This document shows positions 53,260-64,000 of a DNA stretch of 64,000 nucleotides, one piece after another; position 1 is the first letter of the stretch; each line of letters begins with the position of its first letter. The position numbers were made by a program, and so were the translations under genes. The stretch spans positions 10,974,001 through 11,038,000 of the forward strand of contig JAWMAR010000034.1 in NCBI GenBank assembly GCA_036785375.1, given 5' to 3'. This DNA comes from Leucoraja ocellata (lineage: Eukaryota). The notes beneath the pieces were generated by a model, which had not been told where the DNA came from, ran no database searches, and worked only from the letters and a program-made list of their open reading frames with translations.

Positions 53260-53657
53260 GAGTCGAGAGGGATAAATATTCTAAAACTCATAGAACTGAG
53301 GACTCGGAGGAAATGGCACATTTGAAATCTGAGGCAGATGAACTTATTGATTGCAGGGCAAGAATAAGGTGGGTTCACTGACCTACTCATGCTCCAATCT
53401 TTCATGACTTTGGTCGGGGAAGAAGCTGCCTTTGAAATCCTGAATGCGCACTACATGGTCATATAGGCATGCTGGTCTCCCTCCCCCCACCCTCTCCAGA
53501 GAATAGAATGGGATTGGTATAGGATTAGTGTGGATGGGTATGTGATGATGGATGAGGCTCCCGACTGTGTGGTTGATGAGGGAGAGGGGATGGGATAGTG
53601 TGGGTCTGTACTGGAGTGTGGAGGTGTAGTGATGATGATGTTGTCTATCCACGATAC

Positions 53658-53868
53658 CTTCTGTCACCACACTCAGCTGAATGATTCCCAGTCCTTTGTG
53701 CCGGTCGGGTGGGTTTAAAACGTAACACTTGTAAAAGCCCTCGTCGATGGTCTGGATGTTGTGAATGGTGATGGAGACATCGTTCTTGTCCAGGTTTCCC
53801 GACCACTCCACCCGACCCCAGAAAGGTTCCGTTCTGGAGAAGATCACCCTGTTACGGAACTGCACAAA
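53658..53868 (-). CDS. SCN2B: SCN2B exon 3
   Basis: gacag acceptor and gtatcg donor; FVQFRNR...RVEWSGNLDKNDVSITIHNIQTIDEGFYKCYVLNPPDRHKGLG. Confidence 0.96.
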
Positions 53869-53969
53869 CTGTCAGAGAGAGGAGAGAGGGTTTAGCTCAC
53901 GGGTACAGGCACGTGCTGGAATCCACAGCTTAACTGCAAAAGCGGGCGGCCAAACAAGATCTGTAGAGG

Positions 53970-54098
53970 GTAAACAAAAATGCTGGAGAAACTCAGCGGG
54001 TGCAGCCTCGCTCCATAGATGCTGCTGCACCCGCTGAGTTTCTCCAGCATTTTTGTCTACCTTCGATTTTCCAGCATCTGCAGTTCCTTCTTAAACAT
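53970..54098. mobile_element. Short palindromic PLE-pLTR element with 14-bp TSD
   Basis: TSD aagatctgtagagg at 53956-53969 and 54099-54112. The hammerhead core is absent from the centre. Confidence 0.8.
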
Positions 54099-56282
54099 AA
54101 GATCTGTAGAGGTACAGGAATGGTTCATGCATCAGGTCGTGAGGGTAGAGGGAAGATGATCAGTGCGTAGAGGTGAGAGGAGGGCGAGACGCAGGGAGCT
54201 TCGTTTGCTTGTGCTTATTTGTTGAACTCATTGGCACTTCAGTAGGGCATGGTGCTTATGAATTTTCAGAAGGCTTTCAATAAAGTGCCACCTGCAGCCT
54301 GCGGAACGGTTGGAAAATGAAAAGTTTGCGGCAATATAGTGTCATAATGTAGGAATAAATGGAGAAAGAAGGAATAGCAGACACTGGTTTAGGGAGCGAT
54401 AGGTGGATACAGCTGAGGAGGCTTGTGAGAGGGAATAGGTTGAAAGGAAGGAAGTGGGAGAATGAGACTGATGAGATTGCTGTTATAGTATCTAGATTTC
54501 TCCATCCCATTACAATCAGTCTGAAGAAGAGTCCCAACCTGAAACATCATTTATCTATGATCCCCTAAATCTACCAGCCCCATTGCAACTCTCCTTAACA
54601 GCTGGTGTTTAACCATGCATTGCCACCTGCCTTATCGGGCTGGTGAAGATGCACTGCCCCAGGTTACTGCCACGTGGTCGCATAGACCCACAGAGATGTG
54701 GAGGCCTGGTCCCCCTGTGAGTGGGGTAGAGAGGCTGGTCTGGGGACCAGGACTGTGGGGTTATGGGCTGCAGAGGTCCCATCCCTCAAATACCCTCTCC
54801 AAAGCTGTGTAGGTATTATGTTTTATTATTCCATATCAAGTAATGTGAATGGAAATGATGCATTTGAATTTAACAGTTTCCAAATGCCATTGACATTTAG
54901 AGACCTTCTAATGATGAATAATGTTTTTATTCAACATGAAGCAATTAATTAACAACAAATTGTTTCCAAGCTGAAAACCTACATCATTTTTAGAAATAAT
55001 GGTGAATATTAACAAAGGTAAAATATTTAAACAGGCATCTTTCTTTCCCACTCACTTCCTGATCTGCAAGCCAAAAATCTCCATTAAACATGTGGAGTCT
55101 CAGATCCCATGCTTGGTCCAAGAAACCATAAGATATTGGGGCAGAATCAGGCCATTCAGCCCATCGTGTCCACTCGGCCAATCAATCACAGCTGATCTTA
55201 TTTTCCCTCTCAATCCCATTCTCCTGCCTTCACCGTTTAACCCTTGACATCATTACTAATCAACCCAAGTCTCCGTGGAAGACCCCAGTGGGATTCCTGT
55301 CGCTGGTTTCTCTGGGAATCCACTGATGGAGACGGGTGTCAGATTTGAACCCAATCCTGTCAGTGTGTGCCACCTACACCGGTCAGCTCGGTCTGGCCCA
55401 ATGACTCCTCTTTGACTCAGTGTCCAATCTTGTCTGATGAGCAGCTGAGGATAATGTGCAGCTTTGAAGGTAATCTATAGAAGTGCACTATTATTATTCG
55501 GGAATTATGGATCTTGGCCACAGTTGACCCCCTGACATTCTGACATCTTCTGACAAGGCCACACTGAGACATCTCTTCAGTTATTGCAGCAAATATCCGA
55601 CCTTCACTCTTTACCTCAACTCCATCTCCAAACCCGTCTCAACGTCCTGCTGTATCGATCCCAGGCATCAGGGAAACACTTGCATTGAAACTTTTATTTG
55701 GACAAAGTTCACAGGATAATAATGAGATAAAAATAAAATCCCAGCACACCAATGAAGGAGACATGAGGGCCAACAGCTAAGTGACCTTCCCTTCAAAATA
55801 TAATTGTTAAGGAGGAAATTAGATTTCATTTATTCATTCACAGGGTGTAGACATTGTGGGCAATGCTGCCAACATGAGTCCATCCCTACATGCCCCAGAA
55901 CTAGGGAGGCAGTTTAAATGTCCTCGGTTGAAGTGTATCCATGAAGCAACTGTGCTTTTTTTTGTAACAATTTATTTTTAATTCCTGGAATTAGTTTTTA
56001 AAAATCCAGGTATTATTGAATTGTCTGTGTTTAGATGGGCATGATTCAGGATCAAAGTCCAGAACTCTAGTTCCCACAGGAAGACAGCCAGAACCTTGTT
56101 CTCAGGGTTGAATTGTCAAAGACTAGAGGCCATAGCTTTCAGGCCAGAGGGGGGCAAGTTGAAAGGAGGTGTGTGGGGAATTCTTTCACACAGAGGGTGG
56201 GTGGGAGGTGCCTGGGCTTCAGTGTAACAGTGCAGGAGGCAACAGATAGAAAGATCAGAGTGGTTTTAGATTGAGGTTTCGG

Positions 56283-56610
56283 TGTACTGTAGGATGCCTG
56301 CATGCTATCTAATCAGATCACATAATACTTTACCATAATCCAATCTAGGCAATCTCAAGTCCCATAGGTAGAGCAAAGGGAAAGATGCCGAGTGCAGAGT
56401 ATAGATCTCAGCATCATAGTGCATCAGACAAAGTCCAATGTCCGCGATGGGGGTAGAGGTGAATCGAACAGTACCCTAGCTTATGGAAGAGCTGATCGAA
56501 AGCTTGATTACGGACGGGAAAAACTGTTCCTGAGTCTGGTGGTGCGCTCTTTCAAGATTCTGTACCTTCTGCCGGATTGGAGCAGGGAGATGGAATGACC
56601 GGGGTGGGAC
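56283..56610 (-). mobile_element. Rex1/Babar-like 3' fragment
   Basis: Reverse complement of the PSGRR...SFF region and UTR. Similar 3' ends occur at ~35680, ~40915 and ~61560. Confidence 0.55.
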
Positions 56611-56844
56611 ATGGTGGTGAATTACAGAGACAGGACATGCAATCAGCTCACTGACGGGATGTGACCTTTATCAGTCAATCGGTCCTGACCTGAAACACCA
56701 TCTGCCCACTTACTGTGGCTGCCTAGTCTCATGTGTCTCCACCCAATCAGTGTTTGGCTTCTCCTGGTAAGTCACTCAGTCCATGGGACAGTTCAGGAAC
56801 AACAACAAACTGCCTGTCTGTCTATAAATGTATTAAATCACAAA

Positions 56845-57178
56845 AATCACACAGTCTCTTGCCCAGACTAGGTGAGTTGAGGACCAGAGGACATAGGTTT
56901 AAGGTGAAGGAGAAAAGATTTAATAGGAATCTGAGGGGTAACTTTTTCACACAAAGGGTGGTGGGTGTATGCAACGAGCTGCCAGAGGAGGTAGTTGAGG
57001 CTGGGACTATCCTAATGTTTAAGAAACAGTTAGACAGGTATATGGATAGGACAGGTTTGGTGGGATATGGACCAAATGCGGGCAGGTGGGACTAATGTAG
57101 CTGGGACATGTTGGCCTGTGTTGGCAGGTTTGGACAAAGGGCCTGTTTCCACGCTGTATCACTCTATGACTCTAACTC
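56845..57178 (+). mobile_element. CR1 3' fragment (part of duplicated composite)
   Basis: SLLPRLGELRTRGHRFKV...FFTQRVV. Confidence 0.9.
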
Positions 57179-58025
57179 TACATTTGTCTCTGCAACAACC
57201 TATTAAATATATATCACTGAAACTTCACTGGAGTTGTTGGTGCCAATGATGCAACAGTTTTAGTCCATTCGCTAATGAATTCTAGATTGTTTCATTTGTA
57301 AATACATTTCATATTCTCCAAACTCACTTCCCCCTTTACATTTATAAATCTTGCTCATTTTTATTCCTTCTGGTGGGACAATCTCTGTCAAACCTGAAGT
57401 CGAGAAAAGATAATCCCTTCTAGAACAAGTTGGTGGAGTAACTCATTTGGTCAGGCAGCATCTGCGGAGAACATGGATAGGTGACGTTTCAGGTCATGAC
57501 CCTTCTTCAGACCTGATCCATTTGGTTACATCTCCACAGATGCTGTCTGACCCGCTGGGTTAATCCAGCACTTTGCGTTTTTTTATTTGTAAACCAGCGT
57601 CTGCAGTTTATCTGCAATCCCTCCATAAATATTCCCTTCATCCCTGACTCACAGACAAGAATACTCCCATTGGTCAGCTGAAGGCCAGGGCACAATGGCC
57701 GTTATTAAACACTTTGCTAAGATTCAATATTAATATCCTGTTGTCAACAATTTTCTTCATAAATTTGCAGCAAATTAGGAGTTGGATAGCAATTTAAAAT
57801 ATGTTCTTTTATAATATATTCACGACGTCTAGAATGGGTTAATTGAGGAGATTTTCACCAACACGTCCATCACTGGAGCAGAGTGAAGAGTGGAGTTTAG
57901 CATGTTGATTCAGCCAAACGTACAACACAGCTTTCAGTCCAACTGTCCTTCAGTTAGTCTGCAGACAGTTGAAGTGGCTGCTGGATTCAGTAACTTCTCC
58001 TCCTCCATCTCATCAATGTTTAGTG

Positions 58026-58367
58026 CAGAGGTTCCCAACGTGGGGTGTACGCCCCACAGGGGGGGAATTGAGAGCGACTGAGGAGGTCTGGGTCCAAATT
58101 TTCGATTTTTATTTTTTAGGATTTTCCATCAGGTAAACATATGTAGTTTATGTTTCAGATGTTATTTTGAGTAAATAATTTTTTGGGGGTAAAAAAGGTC
58201 TTTATTGTGTAGTTATTACAACCAAGGTATTGGCGTTTTAAGCTTCTTCAGCTGAAACGGAGTTCACTTTTTAAATGATAAGAATTATATATCACCACAT
58301 GGGGGGGGCATCAGGATTTTAGGGGTGATTAGGTGGGGCATGGCCAAAAAAAGGTTGGGAAACACTG
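58026..58367. mobile_element. hAT (Charlie-like) MITE
   Basis: TIRs cagaggttcccaac and gttgggaaacactg; imperfect 8-bp TSD gtttagtg / gtttaccg. Confidence 0.75.
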
Positions 58368-58424
58368 GTTTACCGTTTCATTCTCTTGAATGAAACATTG
58401 AATCAAAAGAGCTGGAACACTCAC

Positions 58425-58591
58425 TGGGTATTCTGTGCAGTTCTCACATTCCTGGTAGGTCCAATTTAAGGAGAAGTGTTTGTTGTTGACTTCATAGCAT
58501 GAGTTGAAGGTGCAGGTCAGCTTGGCTGATGTCCCATTCAGCTTGATGAGGAGCGGAGGGACCGTCACGTCCATTCCTGAGCCAAGGTGGA
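58425..58591 (-). CDS. SCN2B: SCN2B exon 2
   Basis: ctctgtag acceptor and gtgagt donor; GSGMDVTVPPLLIKLNGTSAKLTCTFNSCYEVNNKHFSLNWTYQECENCTEYP. Confidence 0.96.
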
Positions 58592-58645
58592 CTACAGAGA
58601 GGGAGAGGAGAAGAAGCTGTCAGAAACCAAACACCTCTAGGTTCA

Positions 58646-58989
58646 ACGGTTGACAAAAATGCTGGAGAAACTCAGCGGGTGCGGCAGCATCTATGGAGCG
58701 AAGGAAATAGGCAACGTTTCGGGCTGAAATCCTGAAGGAAATAGGCAACGTTTCGGGCCGAAATCCTGAAGGAAATAGGCAACGTTTCGGGCCGAAATCC
58801 TGAAGGAAATAGGCAACGTTTTGGGCCGAAATCCTGAAGGAAATAGGCAACGTTTCGGGCCGAAACCCTTCTGGGTTTCGGCCCGAAACGTTACCTATTT
58901 CCTTCGCTCCATAGATGCTGCTGCACCCGCTGAGTTCCTCCAGCTTTTTTGTCTACCTTCGATTTTCCAGCACCTGCAGTTCCTTCTTG
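58646..58989. mobile_element. Palindromic PLE/hammerhead element with 5x34-bp internal array and 16-bp TSD
   Basis: TSD aacacctctaggttca at 58630-58645 and 58990-59005; repeat units start at 58700, 58734, 58768, 58802 and 58836. Confidence 0.88.
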
Positions 58990-59021
58990 AACACCTCTAG
59001 GTTCAGTTTAGTTTAGAAGTG

Positions 59022-59258
59022 TATAGCACGGAAACAGGCCCTTCGGCCCACCCAGTCCATGCCAACCGTCAATTGTTTACATTGGTTCTATGATATTCCA
59101 CGTACACATCCACTCCCTACGCACGAGGGCCAGTCTACAGAGACCGATCTGCACGTCTTTGGCAGGCGGGAGTAAACCAGGGTACCCAGAGGAAACCCAC
59201 GTGGTCGCAGGGAGAGGTCAGGATGGAACTCCAGTCTCTGGAGCTGCCGTGCCACCAT
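59022..59258 (-). mobile_element. HE1-like V-SINE, degenerate
   Basis: Homologous to 52968-53259. Confidence 0.65.
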
Positions 59259-59364
59259 GCAATACTGCTGTTTCCAAACTGAAGAACAGAGTCAGTCTTC
59301 ACAACCATGATTTGATGGACGGTTCAATGAGGAGGCTGTGAATATCCTTTCACATTATTTATAA

Positions 59365-59792
59365 TAACCATATAGCACGGAAACAGGCCATCTCGACCCT
59401 TCTAGTCCGTGCCGAACACATAATCTCCCCTAGTCCCATATACCTGCGCTCAGACCATAACCCTCCATTCCCTTCCCGTCCATATAACTATCCAATTTAT
59501 TTTTAAATGATAAAAACGAACCTGCCTCCACCACCTTCACTGGAAGCTCATTCCACACAGCCACCACTCTCTGAGTAAAGAAGTTCCCCCTCATGTTACC
59601 CCTAAACTTCAGTCCCTTAATTCTCAAGTCATGTCCCCTTGTTTGAATCTTCCCTACTCTCAGTGGGAAAAGCTTATCCACATCAACTCTGTCTATCCCT
59701 CTCATCATTTTAAAAACCTCTATCAAGTCCCCCCTTAACCTTCTGCGCTCCAAAGAATAAAGACCTAACTTGTTCAACCTTTCTCTGTAACT
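59365..59792 (-). mobile_element. CR1 3' fragment
   Basis: Nearly identical to 12535-12966. Confidence 0.92.
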
Positions 59793-60758
59793 TTGAAGAT
59801 ACAAAGGGTTAATGGTCTTATATTAGTGAGGTCACGGTATCCAGGACAACAATAATATAGAGACTAAAAATGTTCTTTTAACCCCCAGTCTATTTGATGG
59901 GGGAAATGATGAAGCTTTTCACAGTGTCTTGGTAAACATGACAATACTGTAGTAACCATGTAATGTCATTATTAGGCCTGATCACAAAGCTTTGTCTATA
60001 TTTACAATAGGGAGAGGCAGTAATGGTGGAGTCGGCAGCCTATCTGTGGGGTCTGGAAGACCACCCTGTTGTCAAGGTGCCTGCATCATCAACCCTCCCA
60101 TTGCAGGCTGCATGCAGCATTAACTGCTGCTGTCATCCTGCACTTGTGCCTTTGCCCATTGCAGCTTTATTTACATATTGCTGCACTCGGAAAAAAAAGC
60201 TCAGTCTCTCTCTCCCGTCGGCATCAATGAGTGTCCAGAGCTGCCGCTGGACTGCAGGCTCTGCAACTCATAGTCACTGCTGCTACGCTGGGCCTATCCA
60301 CAAACTGCTGCTGCAATAGACCAGCCGCTCCTCACTAAATACTTAAAGCAATCGCATCCTGTCTTGCAGCTTCTACTGTCTAATGTCAGCTTTACGGTGA
60401 ACAGGGCTTCAGATGGGAGTTGATTTTTTCAGGAGAGACTCAGGAGATATTCTGGCAATGTGTGTACTCTCTCAATGCAGAGACGGTGGAAGATCACGGA
60501 CTTTGTACAAACGGAGCTCATGTCATCTGTAAAACTAGGAATGGCCTCACGCAGATAATTATGGACCCTTGTCTCCCACAACCTGAGAGAGGGTGGATGT
60601 ATTCCACAGACAGCTCGTACTGCCAATCCAGGGACGTGTGGATAAAGGTGATGCCACAGAGTCAATATAAAGCACCTTAGGGACCAGATTATGCCGTACC
60701 GGAAGGATGGAGCTGGATGCGTTAAGAGCGATTCTCTGTAAACCCCATGGGCTGTTCT

Positions 60759-60800
<42 letters not shown>

Positions 60801-60822
60801 ACGCACACACGCACACGCGTAC
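60759..60822. repeat. (CA)n/(CACG)n microsatellite
   Basis: Directly visible; abuts the gap. Confidence 0.95.
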
Positions 60823-61208
60823 NNNNNNNNNNNNNNNNNNNNNNNNNNNNNNNNNNNNNNNNNNNNNNNNNNNNNNNNNNNNNNNNNNNNNNNNNNNNNN
60901 NNNNNNNNNNNNNNNNNNNNNNNNNNNNNNNNNNNNNNNNNNNNNNNNNNNNNNNNNNNNNNNNNNNNNNNNNNNNNNNNNNNNNNNNNNNNNNNNNNNN
61001 NNNNNNNNNNNNNNNNNNNNNNNNNNNNNNNNNNNNNNNNNNNNNNNNNNNNNNNNNNNNNNNNNNNNNNNNNNNNNNNNNNNNNNNNNNNNNNNNNNNN
61101 NNNNNNNNNNNNNNNNNNNNNNNNNNNNNNNNNNNNNNNNNNNNNNNNNNNNNNNNNNNNNNNNNNNNNNNNNNNNNNNNNNNNNNNNNNNNNNNNNNNN
61201 NNNNNNNN
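60823..61208. other. Assembly gap (386 N)
   Basis: Run of N. Confidence 1.
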
Positions 61209-61794
61209 AAACTACCAGAAACTATCTGAATGACAAAATACTGTCCTGCTCCCCTCCATGTCCTCTGGATGAAGAACCAGTCGGGAGAGTTAATTGCCAG
61301 TGACCATGGACCCTCCTACACTGGAAGCTGACTCACGGAACAGTTTCTTCTCAGAATCCCCTCTGGACACCAGGCCCGTCCCCACTGACAGTGGACAATG
61401 AAATCGGTCGAAAAACTCCATTGCTGGTGTCCCTGTCCTTTAATAAATGATGATGCAGCAGGAAGGTGAAGGTAAGTGGAGGCTTTACCACAACTAAGGA
61501 GTTATTAATAACAATCATGAATAAAGTGTTTGTAAGTAGTGATCAACTGTGCTCTAATTGGATGTTACTGGACTTTACCTTGCACTAAACGTTATTCCCT
61601 TTATCCTGTATCTGTACACTGTGGACGGCTCGATTGTAATCACCTACGGTCTTTCCACTGACTGGATAGCACGCAACTAAAATGCTTTTCATTGTTATCT
61701 GGTACACATGACAATAAAGGAAACTAAACTACAGTGAGCTCATGAACTTGTTTCATAGATGTCCCTGAGAGAGATATCAACATCATCAGGACCA

Positions 61795-61869
61795 GCAGCA
61801 TTGTCAGAGTTAACACTGGGGTAATAAAGGCAGCATTGTCAGAGTTAACACTGGGGTAATAAAGGCAGC
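61795..61869. repeat. Perfect 35-bp tandem duplication
   Basis: gcagcattgtcagagttaacactggggtaataaag x2. Confidence 0.9.
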
Positions 61870-63216
61870 TTCACTCTGTTTCTAACTGATGCTGTTCCTA
61901 CTCTGGAACCATTTTGATCATAAGCTCATAAGTGATAGGAGCAGAATTAGACCATTCACCCCATCAAGTCCACTCCGCCATTCAATCATGGCTGATCTAT
62001 CTCTCCCTCCTAACCCCATTCTCCTGCCTTCTCCCCATAACCTCATGATGGAACAACATAGAAAGGTGTCCTGGTCACTAGAGCTGCTGCCTCACAGTTC
62101 CAGCAGCCCAAGTTCAATCCTGACCTCTGGTGCTGTCTGCGTGGAGTTTGCATGGTCTCATCTGACCATGCATGTGTCCACTGTGTCCTCCTGTGTCACC
62201 CATACCCCATAAATATGGCAGCGGGTAGGTCAATTGTTCACTGTACCGTACCCCTAGTGACTCGATGAGTGATGGCATCTGGGAATGTGGGAGAATAACA
62301 TTGGATGAAATAGGATTGGGATACAGTGGGAGGCTGGTGGTCGGTGTGGACGATGGGCTGAAGGGTGCATTCCCTGCATCTCTCTATCAGCTTTAATCTA
62401 ACAGAGCATTAACTAATACTTGGATCATAGACAGAGGCATCTGGCCCAGCCAGTCCATGTCAGTGTTAATGTTCCACACATCTCCTCCAAACCATCAAAT
62501 CCAACCCACCCAGACATCTCCTGTTCTACGTCCCCCAGGGGTCAGTTATACCCCCCCCCAGGGGTCAGTTATTCCCCCCCCCCCCAGGGGTCAGCTATAC
62601 CCCCCACGGGTCAGTTACCGGTGGAGACTATCACAGGTTGCAGCTGCATTTCTCTGCATCCTTATCCAGCTGCCCCTGATTCTGCTCAAGACCTGAATTA
62701 TTTACTGTAGGAGCAAGTTCCACAATCTGGCCCCTGGATAACAAATTGTTCCCAGTTATATGTATCCGTGATTACCATGGGGGGGGGGAGTGAACACCTT
62801 CTCCTCGTGCTGTGGCTACACACCAGCAGCATTTATGTTTTGATTCCAGTAGTGGACTATTTATAGTTTGTATCCTGTTTATGTAATAAAAGCAGTGGGG
62901 AATGTGTTACAATAGGGGCTGGGGGAGGGGGGGTGTGGGGTGTGTACGGGGGGGGAGTGGGGGAGAGGAAGTTGCATGGAGCAAGTGAATGAGTCCAGCC
63001 GGTCACCAACATTGGAGGCTGCATGCTCAAAGCACAGACATGTGAGTGAAGTGTTTGGGAGAACAAATGAGACCAGATAGAATGAAAACACACCAGTAAG
63101 TAACTACGTAGTCAGCATTGAACTTGAGTTTTAAAAACCTGAAACAGTAACACCAATCCAGTGCCATTGTCCACCTCCATGTCAATGATGCAGGGTCACC
63201 ACCAGACTTGCTGTGT

Positions 63217-63338
63217 AGGAAGGAACTGCTGTTTACACCAAAGATAGACACAAAAAGCTGGAGTAACTCAGCGGGACAGGCAGCATCTCTGGATAGTGGG
63301 AATGGGTGACGTTTCAGGCCAAGACCCTTATTCAGACT
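63217..63338 (-). mobile_element. PLE pLTR/hammerhead fragment with TSD-like repeat
   Basis: cagacttgctgtgt at 63203-63216 and 63333-63346 (the second copy overlaps the element end). Confidence 0.7.
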
Positions 63339-63805
63339 TGCTGTGTTTTGCTAGTTGCCTCATCCCCATACAGCTGGGACTGGTGCTTGCTCTGTGTGTG
63401 ACTATAGGTCAGTCTGAAGAAGGGTCTCAACCTGAAATGTCACCTAGCCACGTTCTCCAGAGGTGCTGCCTGACTGCTGAGTTACTCCAGCACTTAGTGT
63501 CTTGTTTTGTACTAAGCTGCATGTGCAGTTCCACTATTCTCCTCAATATGCCTCAGTCAACTAGATCCTCTGTGGTTGAGTTACATCTGTTGCTGCAGTA
63601 ACACATGGTCTGTAGAAACTGTACAGCCATCTAGTGGTTATTGCAAGGACAGCATTGATAATAATTAAACATTCCAGATGAAGAATTATTACTTTGTTGG
63701 TGAATGAACACGTTATAGGTTCCCGAGCAGATCAGAGTTAATCTTATATCGTGATTCACCAAGTACATACAGAATGTGACCTTAAGGTGTTGATGTCCAG
63801 GGTTA

Positions 63806-64000
63806 AGTCAGCTGGACAGGCAGCATCTCTGGAGGGAAGGAATGGGTGACGTTTTGGGTCGAGACCCTTCTTTAGACTGACGTCAGGGGAGTGGGCGGAA
63901 CAAAGGTAGAATGTAGGCAGAGACAGTAAGACTGGTGGGCAAACTGGGAAGGGGAGGGATGGAGAGAGAGGGAAAGCAAGGGCTTTTTGAAGTTGGAGAA
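63806..64000 (-). mobile_element. PLE pLTR fragment running off the window end
   Basis: Reverse-complement hammerhead-like motif at 63845-63880 followed by purine-rich pLTR sequence. Confidence 0.7.

Noticed and set aside
58700-58869. CRISPR-like 34-bp repeat array
   Set aside because: No spacers between units, eukaryotic context, and the sequence derives from the PLE pLTR.
60707-61303. ORFs spanning X runs
   Set aside because: Artefact of the microsatellite and assembly gap.
58592-64000. SCN2B exon 1
   Set aside because: No convincing ATG + signal peptide + phase-1 donor found; it probably lies beyond the window or in the N gap.

Overview
Vertebrate genomic DNA, most likely an elasmobranch (skate/ray/shark; inferred from HE1-like V-SINEs and the repeat complement). 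Three spliced genes were reconstructed by hand from GT-AG junctions, in the order known from human 11q23. (1) The 3' half (serine-protease domain) of a TMPRSS4-like gene on + (741-15728), with a 1-bp frameshift just after IVGG. (2) A complete SCN4B on - (5 exons, 228 aa, 24792-36879). (3) SCN2B exons 2-4 on - (52651-58591); exon 1 was not found. The rest is largely mobile DNA: a near full-length Neptune-type Penelope-like retroelement with two pseudo-LTRs carrying minimal hammerhead ribozymes, more than 20 short hammerhead-bearing derivatives (often palindromic and TSD-flanked), many CR1 fragments (one with an intact 503-aa RT ORF), Rex1/Babar, Tx1 and L2 fragments, V-SINEs, a hAT MITE and a P-element-like MITE. 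A composite CR1+unique+hammerhead segment is duplicated in inverted orientation about 18 kb apart. There is a 386-N assembly gap. Most short ORFs in the supplied track are spurious.
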